Shown here: piece after piece, positions 1 through 7,983 of the stretch | Position numbering within the stretch: the first letter of the stretch is position 1 | How the letters are laid out: each line of letters opens with the position of its first letter | Source: Prevotella sp. CAG:755 | GTDB taxonomy: Bacteria; Bacillota_I; Bacilli_A; RFN20; CAG-826 | Assembly: GCA_963630455.1 (NCBI GenBank) | Contig: CAVGNL010000139.1 | Coordinates: 1 to 24,679, forward strand | Length of the DNA stretch: 24,679 nt | Direction: 5' to 3' | Position numbers and translations under genes: made by a program | Notes under the pieces: model-generated | What the model saw: only the letters and a program-made list of their open reading frames with translations | Told to the model about the DNA's origin: nothing | Database searches by the model: none

Positions 1-5
1 TAAAG

Positions 6-59
6 AAAAGGGGCGTTGCCTAACCTTGCTTCACGGCAGGTTTTTCAACAGCCCCTTTT
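6..59. terminator. Nested imperfect hairpin: bidirectional terminator-like, possibly the right end of an IS1182-like element
   Basis: AAAAGGGGCGTTG (6-18) pairs with CAACAGCCCCTTTT (46-59) with one bulge. Inner stem AACC(T)TGC/GCAGGTT. It follows a TAA at 1-3. Confidence 0.45.
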
Positions 60-401
60 ATTATATGGTTACACAATCGGATATCTGATATGGAAAAGTT
101 GAATATATCTGTCTTTCTCAGCTCTTAAATAGAAATGACTACACTACAGATGTAGTCATAAAAGACGCTGAAGAAGAGACTTATTTTATTCAACGTTTGG
201 TATACGGCTATATTTGAAAATTACGTATTGATGTAAGCTATGACGATGGTTGCACTTTTGACGGAGATATTCGCACTATTGAAATTTTTGTGAGCGAATG
301 ATTGCAATGCTTTTCTTGCTGGCTTAAATCTTAGTTCTTTGATTTCTTGTTTTTGATAATTACGCGAAATACGTTTTCTTAAAAGAAAAAAGTACCCAAA
401 C

Positions 402-459
402 TGAAGCGGACCCCTCAAGTCTTTTCAATCATTTGGTCCAACTTTTAGGGCTCACTTCA
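402..459. mobile_element. 58-bp remnant with IS3-family-like terminal inverted repeats, no transposase
   Basis: Starts TGAAGCGGACCCC and ends GGTCCAACTTTTAGGGCTCACTTCA, giving TG...CA termini resembling IS3/IS150-group ends. No clean target duplication. Confidence 0.45.
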
Positions 460-472
460 TAACAGGTGCTTT

Positions 473-1051
473 TTAATTTTTAGGTACGATATGATGTTTT
501 CGACAGCGGGCTTCGTAATTTTCTTTTGCCCCAACTTGAATGATTGGATCATTTATTTTTGCTGGTTGACCATCGATCAATCTTTGAGTTCTAGTGGCTG
601 CGCAACCACAAACCATGCAGACTGCTGATAATTTTGTCACAAACTCAGCCCTTGCCAATAATTCAGGCATTGGGCCGAAAGGCTCGCCTTTAAAATCCAT
701 ATCCAAACCAGCTGCAATGACTCTGATTCCTCTATCAGCCAATTCCTCGCATATTTTAATGATGCTCAGATCAAAAAATTGAATTTCATCGATGGCAACA
801 ACTTGCGTATCATCTTTTACTAATTCAAGAATAGATGAGGCTTGTTTAATCGCGTAAGCTTCATATTTCGTGCCATCATGAGAGGCGATGGCTGTCTTAT
901 CGTATCTATCATCTATCGCCGGTTTAAAAGCGATTATCTTCATCTTTGTGTAGGAAAGAGTTTTAACTCGGCGAATAAGCTCCTCGCTCTTGCCGGCAAA
1001 CATCGGACCGCAAATAAGTTCGATCCATCCTTTTTGAAGCTCTTGATACAT
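473..1051 (-). CDS. tdk: Thymidine kinase (type II)
   Basis: [12 protein letters not shown]-loop, IDEIQFF Walker [12 protein letters not shown], Zn motifs CMVC and RCRKH. Confidence 0.97.
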   Translation of the reverse strand: MYQELQKGWIELICGPMFAGKSEELIRRVKTLSYTKMKIIAFKPAIDDRYDKTAIASHDGTKYEAYAIKQASSILELVKDDTQVVAIDEIQFFDLSIIKICEELADRGIRVIAAGLDMDFKGEPFGPMPELLARAEFVTKLSAVCMVCGCAATRTQRLIDGQPAKINDPIIQVGAKENYEARCRKHHIVPKN

Positions 1052-1081
1052 ATTGATATACCCTTTCTAACAAACCCGACT

Positions 1082-1087
1082 ATTATA
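1082..1087 (-). promoter_or_regulatory. Putative -10 box (TATAAT) for tdk
   Basis: Perfect TATAAT on the minus strand 30 bp upstream of the tdk ATG; no clear -35. Confidence 0.45.
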
Positions 1088-1126
1088 CATTAAAAAGCTT
1101 TCTTTCTTTTTTGAAAAAGAAAGTTT

Positions 1127-2161
1127 CTATCTAGATGATTTGTCGTAAGGGATGCCTTCCGCTTTCGGAGCATGAGACTTTTTCGAGAAAAGAATCAAAG
1201 AAAGCAAAGCGATAACATATGGGATCATATTGTAGAAGGCTTTGGAGTTATAGAAAGTTTTCGCCGCCCCTCCAAAAGCAACGGTCATGAATTGCGCAAA
1301 AGACATAAAGAGAGCAAAGAATAAAGCAGCAAAAGAAATATTTAGAGCTTTCCAGTTGCCAAGAATTTCAATCGCAAGGACAAGGAAGCCATATCCAAAG
1401 ACACCTGATGTCAAATTCCATTCTCCTAATGGCAAACACGTGAAAATAATATAACCTCCTATAGCGGCGGAGATTGATCCTATAGCTGTGCCTATATATC
1501 TCATTTTGTTGACTTTTATGCCAACGGAATCGGCGGCTGCTGGATTTTCTCCACAGGCTCTGATTCTTAACCCCAAACGGGTTTTATTCATAATGAAAGC
1601 CAGAACAACGATCAAAAGAATTCCAATAAGGACGGTTATATTCAAATTCGAGAACATTCCGTTAAAGAAACCGCTGTCCGTTTTATACAACATGACGCTA
1701 TAGAACATCGAGACGTTTGTTTCTGGAAGATCGGCTCCGCGATAGATGGTGTTGACAATCAAGACCATTGCGGCAACAACGCTATTTAAAGCCGTGCCAG
1801 CGATAGTTTGATCAGCCTTTAACTTAATGGAAATAAAAGAGAGGGCAAAGGAGAAGAGAAAAGCCACGCCAATACAAACCAAAAGCCCCAAAACATAAAT
1901 GAAATTAACGAAAAACCAATTGCTTAACAAAGGCGATCCATTTAAGGCGCCACTCATTTGCTGACAGAAAATGAGGCCTGAGAAAGCTCCTAGCAGCATC
2001 GCGCCATCAAGAGCGATGTTAATGATTCCAGAGCATTCAGAGAACATTCCCCCATAAGAACCGAGAATGAAACCAACACCAAATACAATAAAATAAAATA
2101 CGAGATTGCCCCAAAGGCTATCTGTGATCAAAGCACCTTCTAAAATCATTAATGGATTCAT
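1127..2161 (-). CDS. nupC: Nucleoside ABC transporter permease 2 (NupC/NupQ-like)
   Basis: SECSGIINIALDGAML, ADQTIAGTALN and GLRIRACGENPAAADSVGI motifs; multiple hydrophobic helices; ATGA overlap with the upstream permease. Confidence 0.88.
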   Translation of the reverse strand: MNPLMILEGALITDSLWGNLVFYFIVFGVGFILGSYGGMFSECSGIINIALDGAMLLGAFSGLIFCQQMSGALNGSPLLSNWFFVNFIYVLGLLVCIGVAFLFSFALSFISIKLKADQTIAGTALNSVVAAMVLIVNTIYRGADLPETNVSMFYSVMLYKTDSGFFNGMFSNLNITVLIGILLIVVLAFIMNKTRLGLRIRACGENPAAADSVGIKVNKMRYIGTAIGSISAAIGGYIIFTCLPLGEWNLTSGVFGYGFLVLAIEILGNWKALNISFAALFFALFMSFAQFMTVAFGGAAKTFYNSKAFYNMIPYVIALLSLILFSKKSHAPKAEGIPYDKSSR

Positions 2162-3468
2162 TTGTTTACCTCCTTGTTCGAGCGATAAAGTTCCTTAAAG
2201 GAAGCATCTATTGCAAGTTTGTTATTCTGGTTAGTAGTTTTTATAAGCAAGCCGATAAAGGCGCTAAATGAGGCGCTATAGATTATGGCCGCTTTTATAA
2301 GTTCCATATAGTATTTGGAATAAAGGATGGAGACGTTGACTATTTGAGTCTGACCTTCGCTGATATAGGCGAGAATGAAGGAGGAGAAGATGCATCCTAT
2401 CGGATCTGTTTGACCTATCAAAGCAACCGATATTCCGTTAAAGCCGTCCGAAAGCATTACCCCGTCAAGTGAGCCAAAGGTGAAGCCTTTTGGCGAAGGA
2501 GTTGCAAAAACCATATAGCCGCACATTCCAGCTACAGCTCCAGAGATAACTAGGGAAAGGACGATTTTTGAATTTTGATTGATTCCGGCGTATTTTGCGG
2601 CGAATTTATTGGATCCGCAAAGTTTAAGCTCAAAGCCAAATCTTGTGTATTTGAGAACGAACCAAATAATTATGGCCACGGCTATTGAAATGAAAATGCC
2701 GGCTGTGATGTTGTAATAAACCTGATTCGCATATCCCTCGGCATCGAATTCGCTAAATATCGTCGGAAGCCTTCCGCAAGTTGCCATCTTTGATAATTGG
2801 GTTTTGTTTGATTTATCAATCCAATCGGACGGGAGATAATCGCCTATCATTCCGCACAAATAATAGACGATCCAATTGAGCATGATACCAGAAAGAACCT
2901 CATTGACGTTGAAGTGCGCTTTCAATAGTCCGGAGATCAAACCGATAAACGCTCCACCGACCAAAGCCACCAATATGCACACATACCAAGGCATTCCACA
3001 GAATGAGCACAGCAAAGCTAAGAAAGCGCCCATTGTCAATTGGCCAGTAATGCCTATGTTGAATAATCCAAGCTTAAAGGCGAAGGATATTGAAATTCCA
3101 GCCATAATCATCGGGGTCATTGTGCCTATAACGTGAGATATAGCGTCATAATTGCCGTCACTCATTCCTTGAAAGCCGGCCGTAAAAAGAACGCTCAATC
3201 CAGCAAAAGCGTTTTGCGGGTCACGAATAAGCATGATGATAAAACCGACAAAGAGGCCAATAAAGATGCAAATAATCGAACTTGTTAATGCTCTTGCCAC
3301 CTTGAAGTGAAATAACCAAGAGAAGAATTTGGCAACGGGGACAAAAACATATCTAAGGTATCTCCAAACGTATTTGTTAAGAAAGGCCCCAACAGGGGTG
3401 AATGTTTTTTTGAAAAACGCCCCAACATTTTTGAAGAGATTTCCTATTTTCGAAATAAAACGTTTCAT
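2158..3468 (-). CDS. nupB: Nucleoside ABC transporter permease 1 (NupB/NupP-like)
   Basis: FKLGLFNIGITGQ, NEVLSGIMLNWI, GFELKLCGSNKFAAKYAGI and GFNGISVALIG motifs. Confidence 0.88.
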   Translation of the reverse strand: MKRFISKIGNLFKNVGAFFKKTFTPVGAFLNKYVWRYLRYVFVPVAKFFSWLFHFKVARALTSSIICIFIGLFVGFIIMLIRDPQNAFAGLSVLFTAGFQGMSDGNYDAISHVIGTMTPMIMAGISISFAFKLGLFNIGITGQLTMGAFLALLCSFCGMPWYVCILVALVGGAFIGLISGLLKAHFNVNEVLSGIMLNWIVYYLCGMIGDYLPSDWIDKSNKTQLSKMATCGRLPTIFSEFDAEGYANQVYYNITAGIFISIAVAIIIWFVLKYTRFGFELKLCGSNKFAAKYAGINQNSKIVLSLVISGAVAGMCGYMVFATPSPKGFTFGSLDGVMLSDGFNGISVALIGQTDPIGCIFSSFILAYISEGQTQIVNVSILYSKYYMELIKAAIIYSASFSAFIGLLIKTTNQNNKLAIDASFKELYRSNKEVNK

Positions 3469-3470
3469 CT

Positions 3471-5090
3471 TTATTCTCTCCCTTCTTGAACTTTAGCCCC
3501 AGACATATAAAGCCCAATTTCCTGGACGGTTGTTTCTTTAGGGTTCAATTCCGCAACTACCCTTCCATTATGCATGACAAGAATTCTGTCTGAGACATTC
3601 ATGACTTCTTCTAATTCCAAAGAAACAAGCAAAACGCCTTTGCCAGCATCTCGGTTTTCTATAAGCTGTTTATGGATTTTTTCGATTGCGCCAACATCCA
3701 ATCCTCTTGTTGGCGAGACGGCGATAAGCAGAGGGGAATTAAGATCTAATTGCCTTCCGATAATTGCTTTTTGCTGATTTCCGCCAGACATTGATCTAAC
3801 TGTCGTTTCAGCGCCAAGAGAAGAACGAATGTCATATTCGTTAATAAGCTTGTTCGCATAATCGTTAATGGCTTTCTTGTTACGAATATCCATGATATTG
3901 AATGGCCTTTCGAAATATTTTTCGAGAACAAGATTGTCCTCTAGAGAAAAATCGAGGGCCAAACCATATTTGTGCCTATCTTCTGGGATATGAGAAAGAC
4001 CAGCCAAGCTTCTTTTTCGAATGCTCAATTTCTCTAAATGGGCATCGATATATTCCTCTTCGTTATATGTCTTTCCTTTTGATTCAATGAATTTTTTGAG
4101 CGCTTTGCTGTAATGAGGGTTTTTCACGTGATGAAGGATGATTTCGCCGGATTTAGCTTTGCATATGCCAGTAAGAGCGTATATCAAATCACTTTGTCCG
4201 TTTCCTTCGATCCCAGCAAGGCAAACGATTTCTCCCTCACGAACGTTCAAAGAAACGTTGTTAACGGTGTCTTTTTCTTTTTCTGGGTTGTAGACGGTTA
4301 AATTTTTGATTGTCAGAATATTTTTTCCCGGTTTGCATTCATCTTTTTGGGTTACCAGTTGGACGTCTCTTCCGACCATTAAACGAGAAAGCTCTTCTTC
4401 GTTTGTCTCTTTTGTGTCCAACGTCCCGATGCAAGCGCCTTTTCTTAAAATTGTTACTTTATCAGAAACGGTCATGATTTCGTTTAATTTATGCGATATG
4501 AAAAGGATTGACTTCCCTTCTTTCGCTAAATTTTTCATAGAAATCATTAAGTCGTCGATTTCTTGCGGAGTCAAAACGGCGGTTGGCTCATCGAAAATCA
4601 AAATGCTCGAATCTCTATAGAGCATTTTAAGAATTTCGACTTTTTGCTGCTCACCAACTGACATATCATCGATTTTTTCATCTAAATCAATATGGAAGTT
4701 GTATTTTCTGCAAAGTTCTTCAAGCTTATTTCTTGCTTCTTTTGGCTTGATTTTTCCAAAATGGCCAATAGGCTCTTCACCAAGGATAATGTTTTCTAAC
4801 GCTGAAAAAACTCCTACAAGCATAAAATGCTGATGAACCATTCCGATGCCCATCTTGCATGCTTCGTGAGGGTCTTTGATAGAAACTTTTTCACCATTTA
4901 AAATGATTTCTCCTGAATCCGGTTTATATAGGCCAGAAACCATTGACATAAGAGTTGATTTGCCAGCGCCATTTTCACCCAATAGAGCATGTATTTCTCC
5001 TTTTTTCAAAACAAGCGAAATATCATCGTTTGCCTTGATTCCAGGGAAATATTTGCAAATATGTCTAAGTTCAAGAACGTTTTCTTCCAT
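3471..5090 (-). CDS. nupA: Nucleoside ABC transporter ATP-binding protein with two NBDs (NupA/NupO-like); start revised to ATG at 5090
   Basis: GENGAGKST, MSVGEQQKVE, IFDEPT, MSGGNQQK, SPTRGLDVGA. AGGAG SD at 5102-5098 precedes MEENVLEL. The longer ORF-track start at 5165 overlaps the BMP gene and a hairpin. Confidence 0.92.
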   Translation of the reverse strand: MEENVLELRHICKYFPGIKANDDISLVLKKGEIHALLGENGAGKSTLMSMVSGLYKPDSGEIILNGEKVSIKDPHEACKMGIGMVHQHFMLVGVFSALENIILGEEPIGHFGKIKPKEARNKLEELCRKYNFHIDLDEKIDDMSVGEQQKVEILKMLYRDSSILIFDEPTAVLTPQEIDDLMISMKNLAKEGKSILFISHKLNEIMTVSDKVTILRKGACIGTLDTKETNEEELSRLMVGRDVQLVTQKDECKPGKNILTIKNLTVYNPEKEKDTVNNVSLNVREGEIVCLAGIEGNGQSDLIYALTGICKAKSGEIILHHVKNPHYSKALKKFIESKGKTYNEEEYIDAHLEKLSIRKRSLAGLSHIPEDRHKYGLALDFSLEDNLVLEKYFERPFNIMDIRNKKAINDYANKLINEYDIRSSLGAETTVRSMSGGNQQKAIIGRQLDLNSPLLIAVSPTRGLDVGAIEKIHKQLIENRDAGKGVLLVSLELEEVMNVSDRILVMHNGRVVAELNPKETTVQEIGLYMSGAKVQEGRE

Positions 5091-5112
5091 AAAGTCTCTC
5101 CTATTAAGGAAA

Positions 5113-5131
5113 GGGGGCCGTAATGGCCCCC
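5113..5131 (-). terminator. Intercistronic GC-rich hairpin between the BMP and ATPase genes
   Basis: GGGGGCC-attac-GGCCCCC followed by TTTCCTT on the minus strand. Confidence 0.65.
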
Positions 5132-5145
5132 AAGAATAATCGAAA

Positions 5146-6387
5146 TTATTGGTTGTTCCACTCAACCTTTACTTTAGAAACAGTAGGTTTATTTTCAGTA
5201 TCTGAAGAAACGGTGATTGTTTTAGCTTTCATTGCGGCTACAAGAGTCTCGTAATCGGAAGTTGTGAAGTTTTTGAATCCCCAGCATCCTTCATCACCAG
5301 TTGAAGCAGGTGTAGGAAGGGCCACGGCATCCTCATCGATTCCGAGGTTTTCGATTTTGCCAGCTAATTTATCGGAGAATTTCGTGTAGTTATTGTTCTT
5401 CCAATCTGTTAAAGCGGATTTAATGGAAGCCCCCAAGCCTTTCATCGCAGAGGTCAATAAACGTTCATTCATTCCTTCAGGAGCAATTGAAGTGTCGGCG
5501 TGTTGGTTGGTATCAACGCCAATCCAAGTTTTTCCTTCAGCGTTTGAAACAGAAGCAAGAGCGGTTGTAACAGAGTTATAGACGGCTCCTCCACAAGCGA
5601 ATATTGATTCTGTGCCAGATTCATACCAGTTCTTAGCAAAGCTTGTTGCTTCAGGAGTTGAAGCGAATGCACCAGCATAGTAATAATGCATGTTGATGCT
5701 GTTGTCTGCCAATTCAAGCTCTGTTGCGGCTTTTTCAGCTCCTTGGATGAATCCATAGCCATATCTTACAACGGCAGGAACGCTCATTCCGCCAACAAAC
5801 CCTAAATTTCTTAAGCCTTCTTTGACGGCGCCATAACCAGCCATAAAGCCAGCTTGTTCTTCATGATATTGGGTCATGGAGACATTGGCTTGTAAGTCAA
5901 ATTCGGCATACTGGTTGTCGGAATCTTGATTAACGCAATCCAAAGCTAAGAAATGAATATTCTTATATGCTTTGTTTGCTTGAACGATTTTAACAACTGG
6001 TTGGAAAAGATATCCAGGCAAAACGATGAAGTTGGCGCCCCAATCAGCAGCTGCCTTAATTGCAGCGACTCTTTCTGTTGTGGTGAAATCTCCAGTAGTT
6101 GCTGTTGGTTGATAATACTTTGTTTGAACGGTTCCTGTGCTGACGATTTGATTTTCTACCTTTCCGCCGCCGTTTTCTACAGCCCATTCATTGACCGCTT
6201 CCCAAGAAGTTTGGTTGAAGTTGTGGTCGTTTAAAGTTCCGGAGTCAGTTACCAATGCCACCTTAATAACATTTTCAGCTTCTTTGCTTGTAGATTCTTC
6301 TTTTTTGCTAGAATCATCCGTCGTTGGCGAGCATGAAGCGAGAGTGAGGATAGACGCACCTAATAATAGAAGCGCTTGTTTTTTCAT
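5146..6387 (-). CDS. bmpA: BMP-family (PnrA/TmpC/NupN-like) nucleoside-binding lipoprotein
   Basis: Lipobox LASC; VALVTDSGTLNDHNFNQ, EEQAGFMAG, GFVGGM, IFACGG, WIGVDTNQ, TSAMK motifs; AAAGGAGG SD. Confidence 0.92.
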   Translation of the reverse strand: MKKQALLLLGASILTLASCSPTTDDSSKKEESTSKEAENVIKVALVTDSGTLNDHNFNQTSWEAVNEWAVENGGGKVENQIVSTGTVQTKYYQPTATTGDFTTTERVAAIKAAADWGANFIVLPGYLFQPVVKIVQANKAYKNIHFLALDCVNQDSDNQYAEFDLQANVSMTQYHEEQAGFMAGYGAVKEGLRNLGFVGGMSVPAVVRYGYGFIQGAEKAATELELADNSINMHYYYAGAFASTPEATSFAKNWYESGTESIFACGGAVYNSVTTALASVSNAEGKTWIGVDTNQHADTSIAPEGMNERLLTSAMKGLGASIKSALTDWKNNNYTKFSDKLAGKIENLGIDEDAVALPTPASTGDEGCWGFKNFTTSDYETLVAAMKAKTITVSSDTENKPTVSKVKVEWNNQ

Positions 6388-6418
6388 ACGTTTTGTTTCC
6401 TCCTTTGTATGAATTTAA

Positions 6419-6502
6419 GGATAAGCTTCTATTAAAATACTTCGCTGCTTACATATGAGACATAGTCGTATCGTAATAGAAGAAAGAACAGTTTTCTTAT
6501 CC
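6419..6502 (-). promoter_or_regulatory. Structured 5' leader of the nucleoside importer operon (candidate cis-regulatory RNA)
   Basis: Nested pairings GGATAAG/CTTATCC, CTTCTATTA/TAATAGAAG and ATAC/GTAT lying between a TATAAT (6516-6511) and the SD. Confidence 0.5.
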
Positions 6503-6510
6503 GGTACTTC

Positions 6511-6516
6511 ATTATA
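6511..6516 (-). promoter_or_regulatory. Putative -10 box for the bmpA-nupABC operon
   Basis: Perfect TATAAT, part of the palindrome ATTATAAT, about 8 nt before the leader stem begins. Confidence 0.5.
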
Positions 6517-6682
6517 ATGTGAATTTTTGAAGTGGAATAGAGGAAAAGTATTGCCATTTTTTTACCGACTTTTTTGAATGACTTTATTCGCTTTCGTTTT
6601 TTGCGAAAAGCAAAGAAAATTTTTATGGAGAAGCCTTTCTCTTTGTTGGATAATCCCTAAAGTTAGATCGGAGAAAAGAAAA

Positions 6683-7321
6683 ATGATCGTAATTGGCGGA
6701 ATGATTGGAAGCGGGAAAACAACGACGGCGAAAATATTAGAGAAAGAACTTCACTTGCCAACATATTTCGAAAGTGTGAAAGGAAATGAAATTTTATCAC
6801 TTTTTTACACGGCAACTCCTAAAGAAAAGAAAGAAAAAAGATATCCGTTCCTTTTACAGCTCTCTTTTTTAAGGGCAAGGTTTAATACCTTACGGAACGC
6901 TCTTAAAGACGACAACGCCATCCTTGATAGGAGTGTTTTTGAAGACGCTTATTTCGCCAAGAAAAATTATGAATTGGGCAATATATCAGAGTTGGAGATG
7001 AAGATTTATAATGCCTTCCTCCAAGAGATTTTAGAAAGTTTGAGTGACTCAAAAAACAAAGACGAAATTACTCTGATTTATCTTCACGGATCATTTGAAA
7101 CCGTTTTCAAGCGCATCAAAAACAGAGGCCGTTCATTTGAGATTGCGCCTGAGCTTCTTTCATATTACAAATTCATTTATGATGGATACGATGAAATGAC
7201 GAAAGAAAACTATCCAAACTCTCAAATCATCGACATAAACATCGATGAGGTTGATTTGAAAAACGATTCCAAGGCAAGAGAGAAACTCTTAAATGAATTA
7301 AGAAGCAGAGGTGCGATTTAA
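6683..7321 (+). CDS. Deoxynucleoside kinase (dAK/dGK/dCK family); start revised to ATG at 6683
   Basis: IVIGGMIGSGKTT P-loop, FLLQLSFL, LDRSVFED, lid RIKNRGRSFE; GGAG SD at about 6670. Confidence 0.92.
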   Translation: MIVIGGMIGSGKTTTAKILEKELHLPTYFESVKGNEILSLFYTATPKEKKEKRYPFLLQLSFLRARFNTLRNALKDDNAILDRSVFEDAYFAKKNYELGNISELEMKIYNAFLQEILESLSDSKNKDEITLIYLHGSFETVFKRIKNRGRSFEIAPELLSYYKFIYDGYDEMTKENYPNSQIIDINIDEVDLKNDSKAREKLLNELRSRGAI

Positions 7322-7983
7322 TGGAAGAGATCGATTTGAAAAACTACAAGAAAAGAAATCAATATTATTATTTCTCGAAATTTCCTGATCCTTCTTATGG
7401 CCTTGACGTGGACATCGACGTCACAAACCTTATTGAATGCAAAGATAAGAAAGGTGTTTCGTTTTTCCCTCTTTTCCTTTATTGCCTCACCAAAGCGGTA
7501 AATTCCGTTTATGAGCTTCACCTACGAGAGGTGAATGGGAAAATCTATTACTATGATTTCATTCATCCAACATGGACTGTTATGGGCAATGACGGGGTTT
7601 ATATTAATGTCGGGATGGAATTTGAGCCTGAGTTGGATATTTTCATCAAAGAGGTAACCGAATTAAACGAAAAGGCTAAGAAAATGAATCCAAACGATGA
7701 TTTAAACACCTCTCCATTATGCTCTTTGCCTAACGTTATTCTCGCTTCATGCTTGCCAATACTGCATGTAAAGTCATTTAAGCACCCAACGCCTTCTGGA
7801 AATCATGACAATCTTTCTATCCCAAGAGTGTTATGGGATAAATATGAGAAGGGGATTGATAATAGATATCATCTTACGCTCAATATAACGGTATCTCATG
7901 CGTTAGTGGATGGTTTTCCTTTAGCCAACGTTTTTCTTTTTCTTCAGAAAGAAATAAATTCTCTTAGAGAGGAAACCTTATGA
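7321..7983 (+). CDS. CatA-like (chloramphenicol acetyltransferase family) O-acetyltransferase
   Basis: N-terminal EIDLKNYKKRNQYYYF, IDVT, SFFPLFLY, IPRVLWDKY and catalytic HALVDG (HxxxDG); 220 aa; TAATG coupling to the kinase. Confidence 0.82.
   Translation: MEEIDLKNYKKRNQYYYFSKFPDPSYGLDVDIDVTNLIECKDKKGVSFFPLFLYCLTKAVNSVYELHLREVNGKIYYYDFIHPTWTVMGNDGVYINVGMEFEPELDIFIKEVTELNEKAKKMNPNDDLNTSPLCSLPNVILASCLPILHVKSFKHPTPSGNHDNLSIPRVLWDKYEKGIDNRYHLTLNITVSHALVDGFPLANVFLFLQKEINSLREETL

Noticed and set aside
221..418. 65-aa minus-strand ORF with faint HU-like RN...FKPARKAL segment
   Set aside because: It starts inside the IS-like remnant, has no SD and lacks the HU N-terminal helices; the similarity is too weak.
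1102..1123. Hairpin between nupC and tdk as a terminator
   Set aside because: The stem is almost entirely A/T and low-complexity; too weak to call.
6455..6522. Canonical purine riboswitch upstream of bmpA
   Set aside because: P1-like fragments are present, but P2 does not pair, P3 is too short and the loop consensus is missing. Kept only as an unassigned structured leader.
6578..6682. N-terminal extensions given by the ORF track (6578, 5165, 12613, 20815, 24628)
   Set aside because: Downstream ATGs fit family starts and SD or promoter spacing better.
6925..6935. AGG-to-Met reassignment, reported for some uncultured Bacilli
   Set aside because: The conserved Arg of the deoxynucleoside kinase DRS motif is encoded by AGG (GAT AGG AGT), so AGG reads as Arg.
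7980..7983. Host genetic code 4 (TGA=Trp)
   Set aside because: TGA ends genes at coupled junctions (2158, 7983, 17617) and long ORFs are intact under code 11.
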